Shown piece by piece: positions 63,924-64,000 of a stretch of 64,000 bases of DNA. The translations under genes were made by a program, and so were the position numbers. The notes under the pieces are model-generated. The model saw nothing but the letters and a program-made list of their open reading frames with translations, was not told where the DNA came from and did no database searches. The first letter of the stretch is position 1. Each line of letters opens with the position of its first letter. The DNA lies in the NCBI GenBank assembly GCA_046563655.1, contig CM102287.1, positions 9,982,001 through 10,046,000 of the forward strand, given 5' to 3'. The DNA is from Yuukianura sp. NJ FZ-2021. Taxonomy: Eukaryota.

Positions 63924-64000
63924 TGACCTCTAAAAAAAAGTTGACCTTTGACCTTTCATCTTAAAAACTCATCATGAGCCCCACTTTTCCTAAGATTTTG

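Overview
AT-rich eukaryotic (animal, most likely arthropod) genomic DNA with short GT-AG introns; nothing prokaryotic and no CRISPR array. Exons were assembled by hand. Left to right: a gene-poor, repeat-rich region (1-12.7 kb); a CFAP299/C4orf22 gene (-) with a long basic/acidic N-terminal extension; a cluster of seven AGGTCA-n-TGACCT palindromes; a short-lid pancreatic-lipase-family gene (+); a 3-exon, 118-aa secreted prepropeptide gene (+) absent from the ORF track and ending in CPPDVPKCIPRL-GRR; two tandem ADAM10/kuzbanian paralogues (-); a foldback/Mutator-like element with a 10-bp TSD; NOG1/GTPBP4 (+); an orphan nuclear-type repeat protein (-); an innexin (-); an orphan acidic protein (+); two diverged tandem 4-TM paralogues (+); and the 5' part of even-skipped (+), which runs off the window end. 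Best novelty candidates are the putative disulfide-looped PRL-amide peptide, the EcRE-like cluster and window-wide AGGTCA enrichment, the unrecognised 4-TM pair, and the ADAM10 paralogue whose zinc motif is split across a 25-nt microexon. Family calls come from recognising motifs; no database searches were run.
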